Assembly (NCBI GenBank): GCA_045537705.1
Contig: JAZSPY010000036.1
Span: 1 to 58,927, forward strand
Length of the DNA stretch: 58,927 nucleotides
From: Clostridia bacterium
GTDB taxonomy: Bacteria > Bacillota > Clostridia > Christensenellales > QALW01
Direction of reading: 5' to 3'
Of the stretch, positions 10,221 through 18,886 are shown piece after piece. A program made the position numbers and the translations under genes. Each line of letters starts with the position of its first letter. Positions within the stretch are counted from its first letter, which is position 1. The notes below the pieces were generated by a model. The model did no database searches and was not told the DNA's origin. It saw only the letters and a list, made by a program, of their open reading frames with translations.

Positions 10221-10407
10221 AGATACCGCTAATGCGGAATACATACCGCTGATGCGGAATACATACCGCTGATGCGGAATACATACCGCTGATGCGGATT
10301 ACATACCGCTGATGCGGAATACATACCGCTGATGCGGATTACATACCGCTGATGCGGATTACATACCGCTGATGCGGAATACATACCGCTGATGCGGATT
10401 ACATACC
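10221..10407. repeat. Tandem array of nine 20-bp units (ACATACCGCTGATGCGGAAT or ...GGATT) plus a 7-nt partial unit
   Basis: Read directly from the sequence. The first unit is degenerate, then the order is A,A,B,A,B,B,A,B, where A and B differ at one base. Each unit contains the inverted repeat CCGC-tgat-GCGG. The track ORF 10229-10579 is a translation artefact of this array plus the tRNA. Confidence 0.95.
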
Positions 10408-10458
10408 AAGCCTTTGGCTTGGATAAAAAATACGAAAGCTTTTGCTTTCGTATTTTTT
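10406..10458 (-). terminator. Two hairpins downstream of tRNA-Ala; the second is a bidirectional intrinsic terminator
   Basis: Hairpin ccaagcc-ttt-ggcttgg at 10406-10422. Then aaaaaa-tacgaaagc-tttt-gctttcgta-tttttt at 10425-10458. Confidence 0.8.
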
Positions 10459-10533
10459 GGTGGAGATAAGCGGATTTGAACCGCTGGCCTGTTACATGCG
10501 AAGCAACCGCTCTACCGCCTGAGCTATACCCCC
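10458..10533 (-). tRNA. tRNA-Ala, anticodon CGC, with 3' CCA encoded
   Basis: The 76-nt minus-strand sequence GGGGGTATAGCTCAGGCGGTAGAGCGGTTGCTTCGCATGTAACAGGCCAGCGGTTCAAATCCGCTTATCTCCACCA folds as a cloverleaf. It has the G3:U70 Ala identity pair, anticodon loop TT-CGC-AT and T-loop TTCAAAT. Confidence 0.93.
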
Positions 10534-10696
10534 GAATATAAACTATAATATATTTTATCACAGATATAAAAAATTGCAACAGTTCTTGGAAAAATTTTTT
10601 AATAAATTTTTTTAAAAAACGACAAAAATATATATACTTTTAACATTAAATGTGATATACTATATATAGTAATTTAAAAACTATGGAGTCCAAAAA

Positions 10697-11935
10697 ATGC
10701 ACAAGATAATCAAAACCTTGTTAGTGCTGTTACTTTTGCCTTGCCTGATGCTTTCTGCTTGCACAAAAAATCAAGTAATCAGCGTTTATAAAATTGAAAA
10801 TGAAAAATTAACTGTTAAACAGATTAAGGTTGAAACGTTTACGCCACAACAGATTTTATTTTATTTGCAAGAGAATGGTATTGTTGCTGGTGATGTTTCC
10901 ATTACTGCCTTTGAAAGCCGCGGGGATGATTCTACCCGTGAATTAGTGCTTAATTTTAGTGAAAACTTTGCATCCTGGCTTGCTCTTTATGAAGGAAAAT
11001 ACCAAAAGTTGATTATGCAGGCAATTGCCAATACATTTATCAGCAATTATCACGCAACTCAAATAGCAATACTTTCAGGCGGACAAGGTATTAAAACAAG
11101 CGTTTACGATTTTTCTCATCAGTTTATTTATATTGAAACAAACGTAAGCATTGAACAGATGCCCATCGGTATAACACCTACGGCACAAATAGTAACGCCA
11201 ACACCAACGCCTATACCCACAAATCCACCAACCAATGCGCCTACAAAAGATACTTCAACACCAAAGAATACTCCAAGCGTAACAAAAGGCCCCATAGTAA
11301 CACCCCAAAGGGAACAAGGCACAAAGTACGTTGCGTTAACCTTTGATGATGGTCCCCATAAAAAATACACAAGGTTAATCGTTGATAAACTTAATGAATA
11401 TAATGCAAAAGCAACTTTCTTTGTTGTTGGTAACAGAATTGATTCATCAACAAGTGATGCAGTAAAATATCTTGTGGATCAGGGCAACGAAATTGCAATT
11501 CACGGATACACCCATGCAGTATATTACAATAAATGTGATGATGCGCGTTTTGAATACGAACTTTCGGAAACTGCAAAAGTTATTAAAGAAACTACAGGTG
11601 TTACAGCAAAACTTATGCGCCCCATCGGTGGAAGCATAACAAATTCACGTGTGCAGAGTTGCGGTTATTCCGTTATTATGTGGAACGTGGATTCTGAAGA
11701 TTGGAAGCATAAAACACAAACTCAAAGCGAAGTAGATATTATCGTAAACAACGTTATGAAGGACGTTGGTGACGGCAAAATCATTTTAATGCACGAAATT
11801 TATGAAAATTCCTATCAGGCGTTAGATATTATTTTAAGAAAATTAACTGAACAGGGTTATAAGGTGGTTACCGTAACAGAACTTTTCGGCGAAAAAAATC
11901 TTACCCCCGGTTCAAAATACTTTAGTGCCAAATAA
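10697..11935 (+). CDS. Lipoprotein polysaccharide/peptidoglycan deacetylase (NodB domain). The N-terminal domain is followed by a P/T-rich linker.
   Basis: Lipobox LSAC. PT-rich linker TPTPTPIPTNPPTNAPT. NodB motifs TFDDGP and HGYTH. Confidence 0.8.
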   Translation: MHKIIKTLLVLLLLPCLMLSACTKNQVISVYKIENEKLTVKQIKVETFTPQQILFYLQENGIVAGDVSITAFESRGDDSTRELVLNFSENFASWLALYEGKYQKLIMQAIANTFISNYHATQIAILSGGQGIKTSVYDFSHQFIYIETNVSIEQMPIGITPTAQIVTPTPTPIPTNPPTNAPTKDTSTPKNTPSVTKGPIVTPQREQGTKYVALTFDDGPHKKYTRLIVDKLNEYNAKATFFVVGNRIDSSTSDAVKYLVDQGNEIAIHGYTHAVYYNKCDDARFEYELSETAKVIKETTGVTAKLMRPIGGSITNSRVQSCGYSVIMWNVDSEDWKHKTQTQSEVDIIVNNVMKDVGDGKIILMHEIYENSYQALDIILRKLTEQGYKVVTVTELFGEKNLTPGSKYFSAK

Positions 11936-11961
11936 AAAAAGAGCAGATTATTCTGCTCTTT

Positions 11962-12672
11962 TTATTTTGTGAAATTGCTTAAATAACTTTGTGGATTAAC
12001 AGGAGTTTGGTTTTTTAATACTTCAAAGTGAAGATGAGTGCCATCCGTTGCTTCACTTGCACCGGTGTTACCTGCGCTTCCGATAGCCTGTCCCTTTAAA
12101 ATGGTTGAACCTTCTTTAAGGTCAGGGTTAGCGGTTTTTAAACAGGAATAAACTGTTTCAATGCCATCGTTATGGGCAATTTTTACAGTAAGCCCCATTA
12201 ACGAATCTTCATAGATTGCACTAACGGTTCCATCAAGGGCTGCAAGTACCGTAGCATCTTCGGTGCACGCAAAATCAATGGCGGTATGGGTTGCCCAATG
12301 CTTTAAAGTGTTTGAATAAACAAGGGAATCTGCCGCATAACCTTTAAGCACGTTAGCCTCTTTTACAGGTGCAATCATTAAAGCACTTACCGTTGTATCT
12401 GCTGAAGCAGGGGAATCACTGTCATTCATTTCGGGCACCATAGTAGTATAGGGTTCTTTAGTTACTATACTAACGTCACTGCTAACAGATTGCGTGTTGG
12501 TGGGGTTTTCAAGTACAATATCATTATTCTTTGGCATAGATAACACCGAAACCAAGTATGTTACCGCAATTGCCGCAACGCAGAAAACTGCTGTAACGGT
12601 AAAAGCCTTTTTTATAGTTTTATGCCTTTTTAAACCGCCACCTGTTTTGTCTTTGATTGATCCAAGATTCAT
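11962..12672 (-). CDS. Membrane-anchored M23/LytM metallopeptidase-domain protein (SpoIIQ-like architecture)
   Basis: N-terminal TM helix. LytM motifs H..IDF and GTHLHFEV. The size and topology are those of SpoIIQ-type proteins, but that assignment is not proven. Confidence 0.7.
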   Translation of the reverse strand: MNLGSIKDKTGGGLKRHKTIKKAFTVTAVFCVAAIAVTYLVSVLSMPKNNDIVLENPTNTQSVSSDVSIVTKEPYTTMVPEMNDSDSPASADTTVSALMIAPVKEANVLKGYAADSLVYSNTLKHWATHTAIDFACTEDATVLAALDGTVSAIYEDSLMGLTVKIAHNDGIETVYSCLKTANPDLKEGSTILKGQAIGSAGNTGASEATDGTHLHFEVLKNQTPVNPQSYLSNFTK

Positions 12673-12775
12673 AAAATAAACACCTCCAATGTATATTTTT
12701 TCCTTGATTTAAAAATATATACCTGCAAATATGTAAAAACAATGAATAAATTACAAAATTTTTGTTTACCCAATA

Positions 12776-12804
12776 TTGACATTGGTATTTAATTTTGTTA
12801 CAAT
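12776..12804 (+). promoter_or_regulatory. Predicted SigA promoter of the glg operon
   Basis: TTGACA (12776-12781), 17 nt, TACAAT (12799-12804). Confidence 0.65.
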
Positions 12805-12840
12805 ATAATCAGCGATTATTATATATAGGAGGCTACCATC

Positions 12841-14736
12841 ATGGGAAAAGAAAACTTTACAAAAAGCAAAATGATAAGCGATTATGATCTTTATCTTGCT
12901 TGCGAAGGAACACACAGAAATCTTGATGAAATTTTAGGTGCCCGTGCAGTATTTAACAGTACCGGCCTTATTGATGGATTTTACTTTGCCCTTTGGGCAC
13001 CCCACGCAAAAGAAGTAAGCGTTGTTGGTGATTTCAATGATTGGCAAACGGATAAAAATCCCATGCAAAGAATTGAAGGAACGGATTTCTGGGAAGTATA
13101 TATTGAAGGTGTTACAACAGGTAGCCTGTATAAATATTGTATTGTAACTAAGGATGGCCGCATATTATATAAAGCAGACCCTATGGCAAAATTCAGCGAA
13201 TTAAGGCCTAAAACCGCGTCAAAAACTTATGCGGATAACTATCGTTGGCACGATCTTTCCTGGTGCTTGAAACATTCAAAACCCATTGATAAAAATCAGC
13301 CCATGGCTATTTATGAAATGCATATGGGTTCCTGGATGCGCGGAAGCAATAATGAGATTTTATCTTATTCTGACGTTGCTGATGCCTTGGTTAAATTCTT
13401 AAAGGAAAACCGCTATACTCACGTTGAAATTATGCCTTTAGCTGAACATCCATACGATGGCTCCTGGGGTTATCAGGCAACAGGATATTTTTCACCAACC
13501 TCAAGGTATGGCACACCTTATGAATTAAAGTATTTTGTTGATATTCTGCATCAGAACTCCATTGGCGTTATTCTTGATTGGGTGCCGGGCCATTTTCCTA
13601 AGGATGCGCACGGATTAAGCTTTTTTGATGGCGAATGTCTTTATGAAAAAGATAATAACGTAAGCTCTTGGGGAACGTTAAAATTCAATTACGATCATCC
13701 GCTTGTTAGGCAGTTCCTTGTTTCTAATGCAATTTACTGGCTTAAGGAATTCCACTTTGATGGGCTTCGCGTTGATGCAGTAAGCAGTATGATTTACCTT
13801 GATTTTTGCAAAAATGATGGGGAATGGACGCCTAATATCTATGGCGAAAACATTGATCTTGGCGCCATAGAATTTATTAAAACTCTTAATTCAATAGTAA
13901 AAGAAAAATTCCCCGGCGCTATTATGATTGCCGAAGAATCTTCTGATTATCCAAAACTTTGCGCACCTTTAAACGAAGATGGTTTAGGCTTTGACTATAA
14001 GTGGAATATGGGTTGGATGAACGATACTTTAGAGTATATGGAAACTGATCCTTTATTCCGTTCAGGTATTCACAATAAGCTTACCTTCTCAATGATGTAT
14101 GCCTTTAACGAAAACTATATTTTGCCACTTTCACATGATGAATGTGTTCACGGCAAAAAGAGTCTTTTAGATAAGATGCACGGTGAATATTATCAGAAAT
14201 TTGCTTCTGTAAAAGCATATTTAGGATATATGTTTGCGCATCCGGGTAAAAAACTCTTGTTTATGGGTAACGAAATAGGTCAGTTTATGGAATGGCGTTA
14301 CTATGAACAGATAGAATGGAAGCTTTTGCAGTACGAAACCCACCGCGGTTTGTATGGATTTACAAAAGACCTTCTTGGTATTTATAACGATCATGATGCT
14401 TTCTGGAAGAAGGATGATTCCTGGGAAGGCTTTAAGTGGATAAACGCTGATGATAATCAGGCAAGCGTATATTCAATGTGCCGTAAATCCGATGATGAAA
14501 CTATTGTGGCAATTGTTAATATGACTCCTGTTGAACGCTACGATTATTGGTTAAGTTTAGAAGATGAAGGAAAATATACACTTCTTTTAAACAGTGATGA
14601 TAAAAAGTATTCAGGGGAAGGCACAACCCAGGTTTTAGATGAAATTACAACCGATAACGAATCAGAAGAATTCAAAAACCGCTTGCGTGTAAACTTGCCG
14701 CCTATGTCGGTGCTCTATTATAAATTAGAAAAATAA
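12841..14736 (+). CDS. glgB: 1,4-alpha-glucan branching enzyme
   Basis: 631 aa with RBS aggagg. GH13 motifs DWVPGHF and GLRVDAV, in the context of glgC and glgD. Confidence 0.92.
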   Translation: MGKENFTKSKMISDYDLYLACEGTHRNLDEILGARAVFNSTGLIDGFYFALWAPHAKEVSVVGDFNDWQTDKNPMQRIEGTDFWEVYIEGVTTGSLYKYCIVTKDGRILYKADPMAKFSELRPKTASKTYADNYRWHDLSWCLKHSKPIDKNQPMAIYEMHMGSWMRGSNNEILSYSDVADALVKFLKENRYTHVEIMPLAEHPYDGSWGYQATGYFSPTSRYGTPYELKYFVDILHQNSIGVILDWVPGHFPKDAHGLSFFDGECLYEKDNNVSSWGTLKFNYDHPLVRQFLVSNAIYWLKEFHFDGLRVDAVSSMIYLDFCKNDGEWTPNIYGENIDLGAIEFIKTLNSIVKEKFPGAIMIAEESSDYPKLCAPLNEDGLGFDYKWNMGWMNDTLEYMETDPLFRSGIHNKLTFSMMYAFNENYILPLSHDECVHGKKSLLDKMHGEYYQKFASVKAYLGYMFAHPGKKLLFMGNEIGQFMEWRYYEQIEWKLLQYETHRGLYGFTKDLLGIYNDHDAFWKKDDSWEGFKWINADDNQASVYSMCRKSDDETIVAIVNMTPVERYDYWLSLEDEGKYTLLLNSDDKKYSGEGTTQVLDEITTDNESEEFKNRLRVNLPPMSVLYYKLEK

Positions 14737-14793
14737 TTTATTTAGTCGGAACAAAAAACTGTTCCGACTAAAACACAAATTGGAGGCATTTAA

Positions 14794-16026
14794 ATGTACA
14801 GTATTGAATGCGTAGCAATGCTTCTTGCCGGCGGGCAGGGAAGTAGGCTTGGCGCGTTAACAAAAGAAATAGCAAAACCTGCAGTTCCATTTGGCGGAAA
14901 ATATCGTATTATTGATTTTCCGTTAAGTAACTGCGCAAACTCAGGTATATATACTGTTGGCGTATTAACGCAGTATCGCCCGCTAGAATTAAATACATAT
15001 ATCGGTAGCGGTCAGCCCTGGGATATGGATAGATTGCGCGGTGGCGCCTTTGTGCTTCCACCATACGTTAAAGGAAAAACAGGCGAATGGTATAAGGGCA
15101 CTGCAAATGCAATTTATCAGAATATGCCCTTTATTGAACAGTTTAATCCTGAATACGTGCTTGTGCTTTCAGGTGACCATATATATAAGATGGATTATAG
15201 GCGTATGCTTAAAGCACATAAGGAAAAAGGTGCAGATGCTACCATTGCCGTATTTAACGTGCCTTTAGAAGATGCAAGCCGATACGGAATTATGTCTGCT
15301 GATGAAAACGGCAGAATCTATGATTTTACCGAAAAGCCTAAACAACCTAAGAGCACAACTGCAAGTATGGGTGTATATATATTCTCCTGGCAAGTGCTTA
15401 AAAAGTATCTTATTGCTGATGAAGAAAACGAAAATTCTTCAAAGGATTTTGGTAAGGACGTTATTCCGGCAATGCTTAACGATGGGCTTAATATGTACGC
15501 TTACGCTTTTGATGGCTATTGGAAGGATGTAGGTACCATTTATAGCCTTTGGGAAGCAAATATGGACCTTTTAGGTACAGTTCCCCTTTTAAATCTTTAT
15601 GATGAGCATTGGCGAATCTATTCCCGCAACGAAGGTTTGCCGGGGCATTATATTTCACCCAAGGCAAAAATTAAAAACTGCTGTATTTCAGAAGGTTGTA
15701 AAGTTTCAGGTACCGTTGAACACAGCGTACTGTTTTCAGGTGCAGTGGTTGAAGAAGGTGCAGTAGTTAAAAATTCTATTGTTTTACCTTATTCAGTTAT
15801 TAAAAAGGGCGCTGTTTTAGATAAAGCAGTTGTTTCAAATAACTGCGTTATCGGTGAAAACGCTTATATTGGCAGTGATGAACCAAACGTTCCGCATGTT
15901 AAAAACCCTATGTGTACAAACGGTGTAACGTTAATCGGTGATAAAGTTACCATCGGAAGTAACGTGCGTATCGGCAGGGAAATGATGGTTGAACAGGATA
16001 TTTTAGGGGGTGGCTGTAATGAATGA
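14794..16026 (+). CDS. glgC: Glucose-1-phosphate adenylyltransferase
   Basis: N-terminal [14 protein letters not shown] nucleotidyltransferase motif, followed by a C-terminal left-handed beta-helix region. Confidence 0.92.
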   Translation: MYSIECVAMLLAGGQGSRLGALTKEIAKPAVPFGGKYRIIDFPLSNCANSGIYTVGVLTQYRPLELNTYIGSGQPWDMDRLRGGAFVLPPYVKGKTGEWYKGTANAIYQNMPFIEQFNPEYVLVLSGDHIYKMDYRRMLKAHKEKGADATIAVFNVPLEDASRYGIMSADENGRIYDFTEKPKQPKSTTASMGVYIFSWQVLKKYLIADEENENSSKDFGKDVIPAMLNDGLNMYAYAFDGYWKDVGTIYSLWEANMDLLGTVPLLNLYDEHWRIYSRNEGLPGHYISPKAKIKNCCISEGCKVSGTVEHSVLFSGAVVEEGAVVKNSIVLPYSVIKKGAVLDKAVVSNNCVIGENAYIGSDEPNVPHVKNPMCTNGVTLIGDKVTIGSNVRIGREMMVEQDILGGGCNE

Positions 16027-17125
16027 TACCTTAGGCATTATAATGGCAGGTAATACAGGTCTTGAACTTGGCGAAATTACAAAAAACCGCCCAATCGGTG
16101 CAGTTCCCGTTGGTTCAAGATACAGGCTTGTTGATTTTATACTTTCTAATATGGTAAACTCAGGTATTGAAAGGGTTGGTATTCCAACACAGGATCATTA
16201 CCGTTCTTTAATGGATCATCTTGGTTCAGGTGCCGCATGGGATCTTAACCGTAAACGCCACGGTCTTGTGGTTCTTCCACCAATTATGGCTTCTTCTGAT
16301 ATGCAGGGCGATCTTGACGTTTTAAACAGCATTTTAGATTACATTTCTGCATCTCACAGAAGATACGTTGTAATATGCGGCAGCGATATTTTATATAAAA
16401 CCACCTTTGATGATATGTTAGAAGCCCATAAAAAGAATAACGCAGATATTACCGTTATGTATCACAATATGCCCACTTGCAGCGAATTAACCCAGCACGT
16501 TGGCTTAAAAACTGATACAGAAGGCAGAATTATTGATATTGAAATCAATCCGACCCGTGCATTCTCATCACAGATTTCAATGGGCACATATATTATGGAA
16601 AGGGAATTTTTAGAATATCACCTTAACCGCTGCCTTTCCCGTGGTTTACACGATTTTGCCAAAGATATTCTTTTGCACGAAAAAGATAATTTAAGGATCT
16701 TTGGTTACGAATATAAAGGATACGTTGGCAGGGTGTATAATATTGCTTCATACTATAAATGCAATATGGATATTTTAAAACCCGAAATCAGCGCACAGAT
16801 TTTTGAAAACGGTGATCCCGTTTATACTAAAGTAAAGGATGAAGTTCCTACCATTTATGGTGAACAGGCAGAAATTAAAAATTCAATGGTAGCCGATGGT
16901 TGTATTATTAACGGTACCGTTGAAAACTGCATTATCTTCCGCGGTGTGCAGATTGAAGAAGGCGCAGTTGTTAAAAACAGTATCATTATGCAGAACTCAT
17001 TAGTTCAGGCAGGTGTAAACTTAAACCACGCCGTAATTGATAAATCTGTTATTATCCGTAAGAATAAGACGCTTGTTGGGCAGGAGAATTATCCTGTAGT
17101 TGTGGGCAAAAACGCCGTAGTATGA
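16019..17125 (+). CDS. glgD: Glucose-1-phosphate adenylyltransferase regulatory subunit GlgD
   Basis: Paralogue of GlgC with a degenerate N-terminal motif ([15 protein letters not shown]). The likely start is ATG 16019 after taggggg (the track gives GTG 16010). It overlaps the end of glgC. Confidence 0.85.
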   Translation: MNDTLGIIMAGNTGLELGEITKNRPIGAVPVGSRYRLVDFILSNMVNSGIERVGIPTQDHYRSLMDHLGSGAAWDLNRKRHGLVVLPPIMASSDMQGDLDVLNSILDYISASHRRYVVICGSDILYKTTFDDMLEAHKKNNADITVMYHNMPTCSELTQHVGLKTDTEGRIIDIEINPTRAFSSQISMGTYIMEREFLEYHLNRCLSRGLHDFAKDILLHEKDNLRIFGYEYKGYVGRVYNIASYYKCNMDILKPEISAQIFENGDPVYTKVKDEVPTIYGEQAEIKNSMVADGCIINGTVENCIIFRGVQIEEGAVVKNSIIMQNSLVQAGVNLNHAVIDKSVIIRKNKTLVGQENYPVVVGKNAVV

Positions 17126-17280
17126 CCACAGCACAATAAAATCCTTAAACCAAGTCCCCTAATTTTAGGGGACTTTTTCTGTGTTGCAAAGGGTATAAAC
17201 CCGCAGTTACTTACGTTTAAAGTAAGCGCCTTTGGGTTTAACCCTTTGCGCCTTGAATTTAAGGTTTTATTGCACTGTGG
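17126..17280. repeat. MITE-like palindromic element starting immediately after the glgD stop codon. It has roughly 23-25-bp imperfect terminal inverted repeats enclosing a terminator hairpin and a 64-nt hairpin.
   Basis: CCACAGCACAATAAAATCCTTAAAC (17126-17150) pairs with TTTAAGGTTTTATTGCACTGTGG (17258-17280). An internal long hairpin spans 17186-17249 (GCAAAGGGTaTAAACCC ... GGGTTTAACCCTTTGC). No transposase is present. Confidence 0.5.
17153..17180 (+). terminator. Intrinsic terminator of the glg operon, lying inside the repeat element
   Basis: agtcccct-aatttt-aggggact followed by ttttct. Confidence 0.75.
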
Positions 17281-17342
17281 GTGGTCGTTAAAGTTCTTTG
17301 TAAACTCCTTCACTTTTAAAATACCACGCCTTGTCTTGCGAA

Positions 17343-17410
17343 TTTTATCGCACTGTGGACAGCACAATAAAATCCTTAAACAAAACCCCTGAATTTTCAG
17401 GGGTTTTTAT
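17343..17410 (+). repeat. Second, partial copy of the same module (inverted-repeat junction, repeat arm and terminator)
   Basis: TTTTATCGCACTGTGG-A-CAGCACAATAAAATCCTTAAAC (17343-17381), then terminator aacccctga-attt-tcaggggtt-ttt (17384-17408). The arm plus terminator duplicates 17128-17180. Confidence 0.7.
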
Positions 17411-17420
17411 TTAAAACCCC

Positions 17421-17448
17421 TTGCAAAATAATTAAATTATGATATAAT
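17421..17448 (+). promoter_or_regulatory. Predicted SigA promoter of serS, giving a short leader with no T-box
   Basis: TTGCAA, a 16-nt spacer ending tga, then TATAAT. The RBS aggag lies about 13 nt downstream. Confidence 0.6.
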
Positions 17449-17473
17449 TATTTGCATAAAAGGAGTGCTAAAA

Positions 17474-18760
17474 ATGATTGATATTAAATTTTTAAGGGAA
17501 AATCCCGAAATCGTTAAGCAAAACATTAAAAACAAGTTTCAGGATTCCAAGTTGCCACTTGTGGATGAGGTTATTGAACTTGATAAGGAAAACCGCAAGA
17601 CTATCCAGTTAGCTGAAGAACTGCGCGCAAACCGTAATAAATATTCAAAAGAAATCGGCGCATTGATGGCTCAGGGTAAAAAAGATGAAGCAATGCAGAT
17701 GAAGAATCTTGTTACCCAGCAAAGCCAGCAGTTAGCTGAAGCAGAAAAGAAAGAAGCAGAACTTCAGGAAAAAATCAAAAATATTATGATGATTATTCCT
17801 AATATTATTGATCCTTCCGTTCCAATCGGTAAAGACGATTCTGAAAACGTTGAAGTTCAGAAATACGGTGAACCTGTTGTGCCTGATTTTGAAGTTCCGT
17901 ATCATTCTGAAATTATGGAAAAGTTTGATGGCATTGATTTAGATAGCGCAAGGCGTGTGGCAGGTAACGGTTTTTACTATTTAATGGGTGATATTGCCCG
18001 CCTTCATTCAGCGGTGATTTCCTACGCCCGCGATTTTATGATTGACCGCGGATTTACCTATTGTATTCCACCGTTTATGATTCGTTCTGACGTTGTTACC
18101 GGTGTTATGAGCTTTGCTGAAATGGATGCTATGATGTATAAGATTGAAGGTGAAGATCTTTATCTTATCGGCACAAGCGAACATTCAATGATCGGTAAAT
18201 TTATTGATCAGATGCTTTATGAAGAAAATTTACCTTATACCTTAACAAGTTATTCACCTTGCTTCAGAAAGGAAAAGGGCGCACACGGTATTGAAGAACG
18301 TGGTGTTTACCGTATCCATCAGTTTGAAAAGCAGGAAATGATCGTTGTTTGTAAGCCTGAAGAAAGCCCCATGTGGTTTGAAAAATTATGGCAGAATACC
18401 GTTGATTTATTCCGCAGCCTTGATATTCCTGTTCGTACGTTAGAGTGTTGCTCAGGTGATCTTGCAGATTTAAAGGTTAAGTCTATTGACGTTGAAGCAT
18501 GGTCACCAAGGCAGAAGAAGTATTTTGAGGTTGGATCTTGCTCCAACTTAGGCGATGCACAGGCACGCAGGCTTCGTATCCGTGTTTCTGGCAAAGACGG
18601 TAAGTATTTTGCCCACACTCTTAATAACACCGTTGTTGCGCCACCAAGAATGTTAATTGCATTCTTAGAAAACAACCTTAATGCTGATGGCAGTGTTTCT
18701 ATTCCAAAAGCGCTTCAACCTTATATGGGCGGTAAGGAAAAACTTATTCCTAAAAAGTAA
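17474..18760 (+). CDS. serS: Seryl-tRNA synthetase
   Basis: MIDIKFLREN N-terminus, a coiled-coil arm and a class II core. The ATG at 17474 lies 8 nt after GGAG (the track starts at GTG 17465). Confidence 0.93.
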   Translation: MIDIKFLRENPEIVKQNIKNKFQDSKLPLVDEVIELDKENRKTIQLAEELRANRNKYSKEIGALMAQGKKDEAMQMKNLVTQQSQQLAEAEKKEAELQEKIKNIMMIIPNIIDPSVPIGKDDSENVEVQKYGEPVVPDFEVPYHSEIMEKFDGIDLDSARRVAGNGFYYLMGDIARLHSAVISYARDFMIDRGFTYCIPPFMIRSDVVTGVMSFAEMDAMMYKIEGEDLYLIGTSEHSMIGKFIDQMLYEENLPYTLTSYSPCFRKEKGAHGIEERGVYRIHQFEKQEMIVVCKPEESPMWFEKLWQNTVDLFRSLDIPVRTLECCSGDLADLKVKSIDVEAWSPRQKKYFEVGSCSNLGDAQARRLRIRVSGKDGKYFAHTLNNTVVAPPRMLIAFLENNLNADGSVSIPKALQPYMGGKEKLIPKK

Positions 18761-18765
18761 AATAA

Positions 18766-18788
18766 AAAGCACCGTTCGGTGCTTTTTT
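18766..18788 (+). terminator. Intrinsic terminator of serS
   Basis: aaagcacc-gttc-ggtgcttt followed by tttt. Confidence 0.8.
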
Positions 18789-18886
18789 CTGTAAAAAACG
18801 TAAAAAAACGTTTAATTAGCGGATTGTTTAAAAAGTTCATTTATGATATAATTTTTTTGTTAAAAAAATTTTTATGGAGAAAACAA

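Noticed and set aside
10221-10407. Possible CRISPR array
   Set aside because: The 20-bp units are directly abutting with no spacers, and they are shorter than CRISPR repeats. No cas genes are present in the window. It is a tandem (iteron- or minisatellite-like) repeat.
10229-10579. 116-aa ORF in the track (minus strand)
   Set aside because: Its periodic sequence (RISGMYSASAVCNPHQRYV repeated) is simply the 20-bp array read in three phases, and its N-terminal part runs through the tRNA-Ala gene. It has no RBS and is an artefact.
17126-17473. T-box riboswitch upstream of serS
   Set aside because: The predicted serS promoter lies only about 25 nt upstream of the RBS. The only T-box-like string (GGGTGGTCG at 17279-17287) lacks the conserved ACCGCG continuation, and neither a specifier-loop or Stem I layout nor an antiterminator/terminator pair follows it. 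The 92-aa minus-strand ORF 17089-17367 overlaps the end of glgD and the repeats, and looks spurious.
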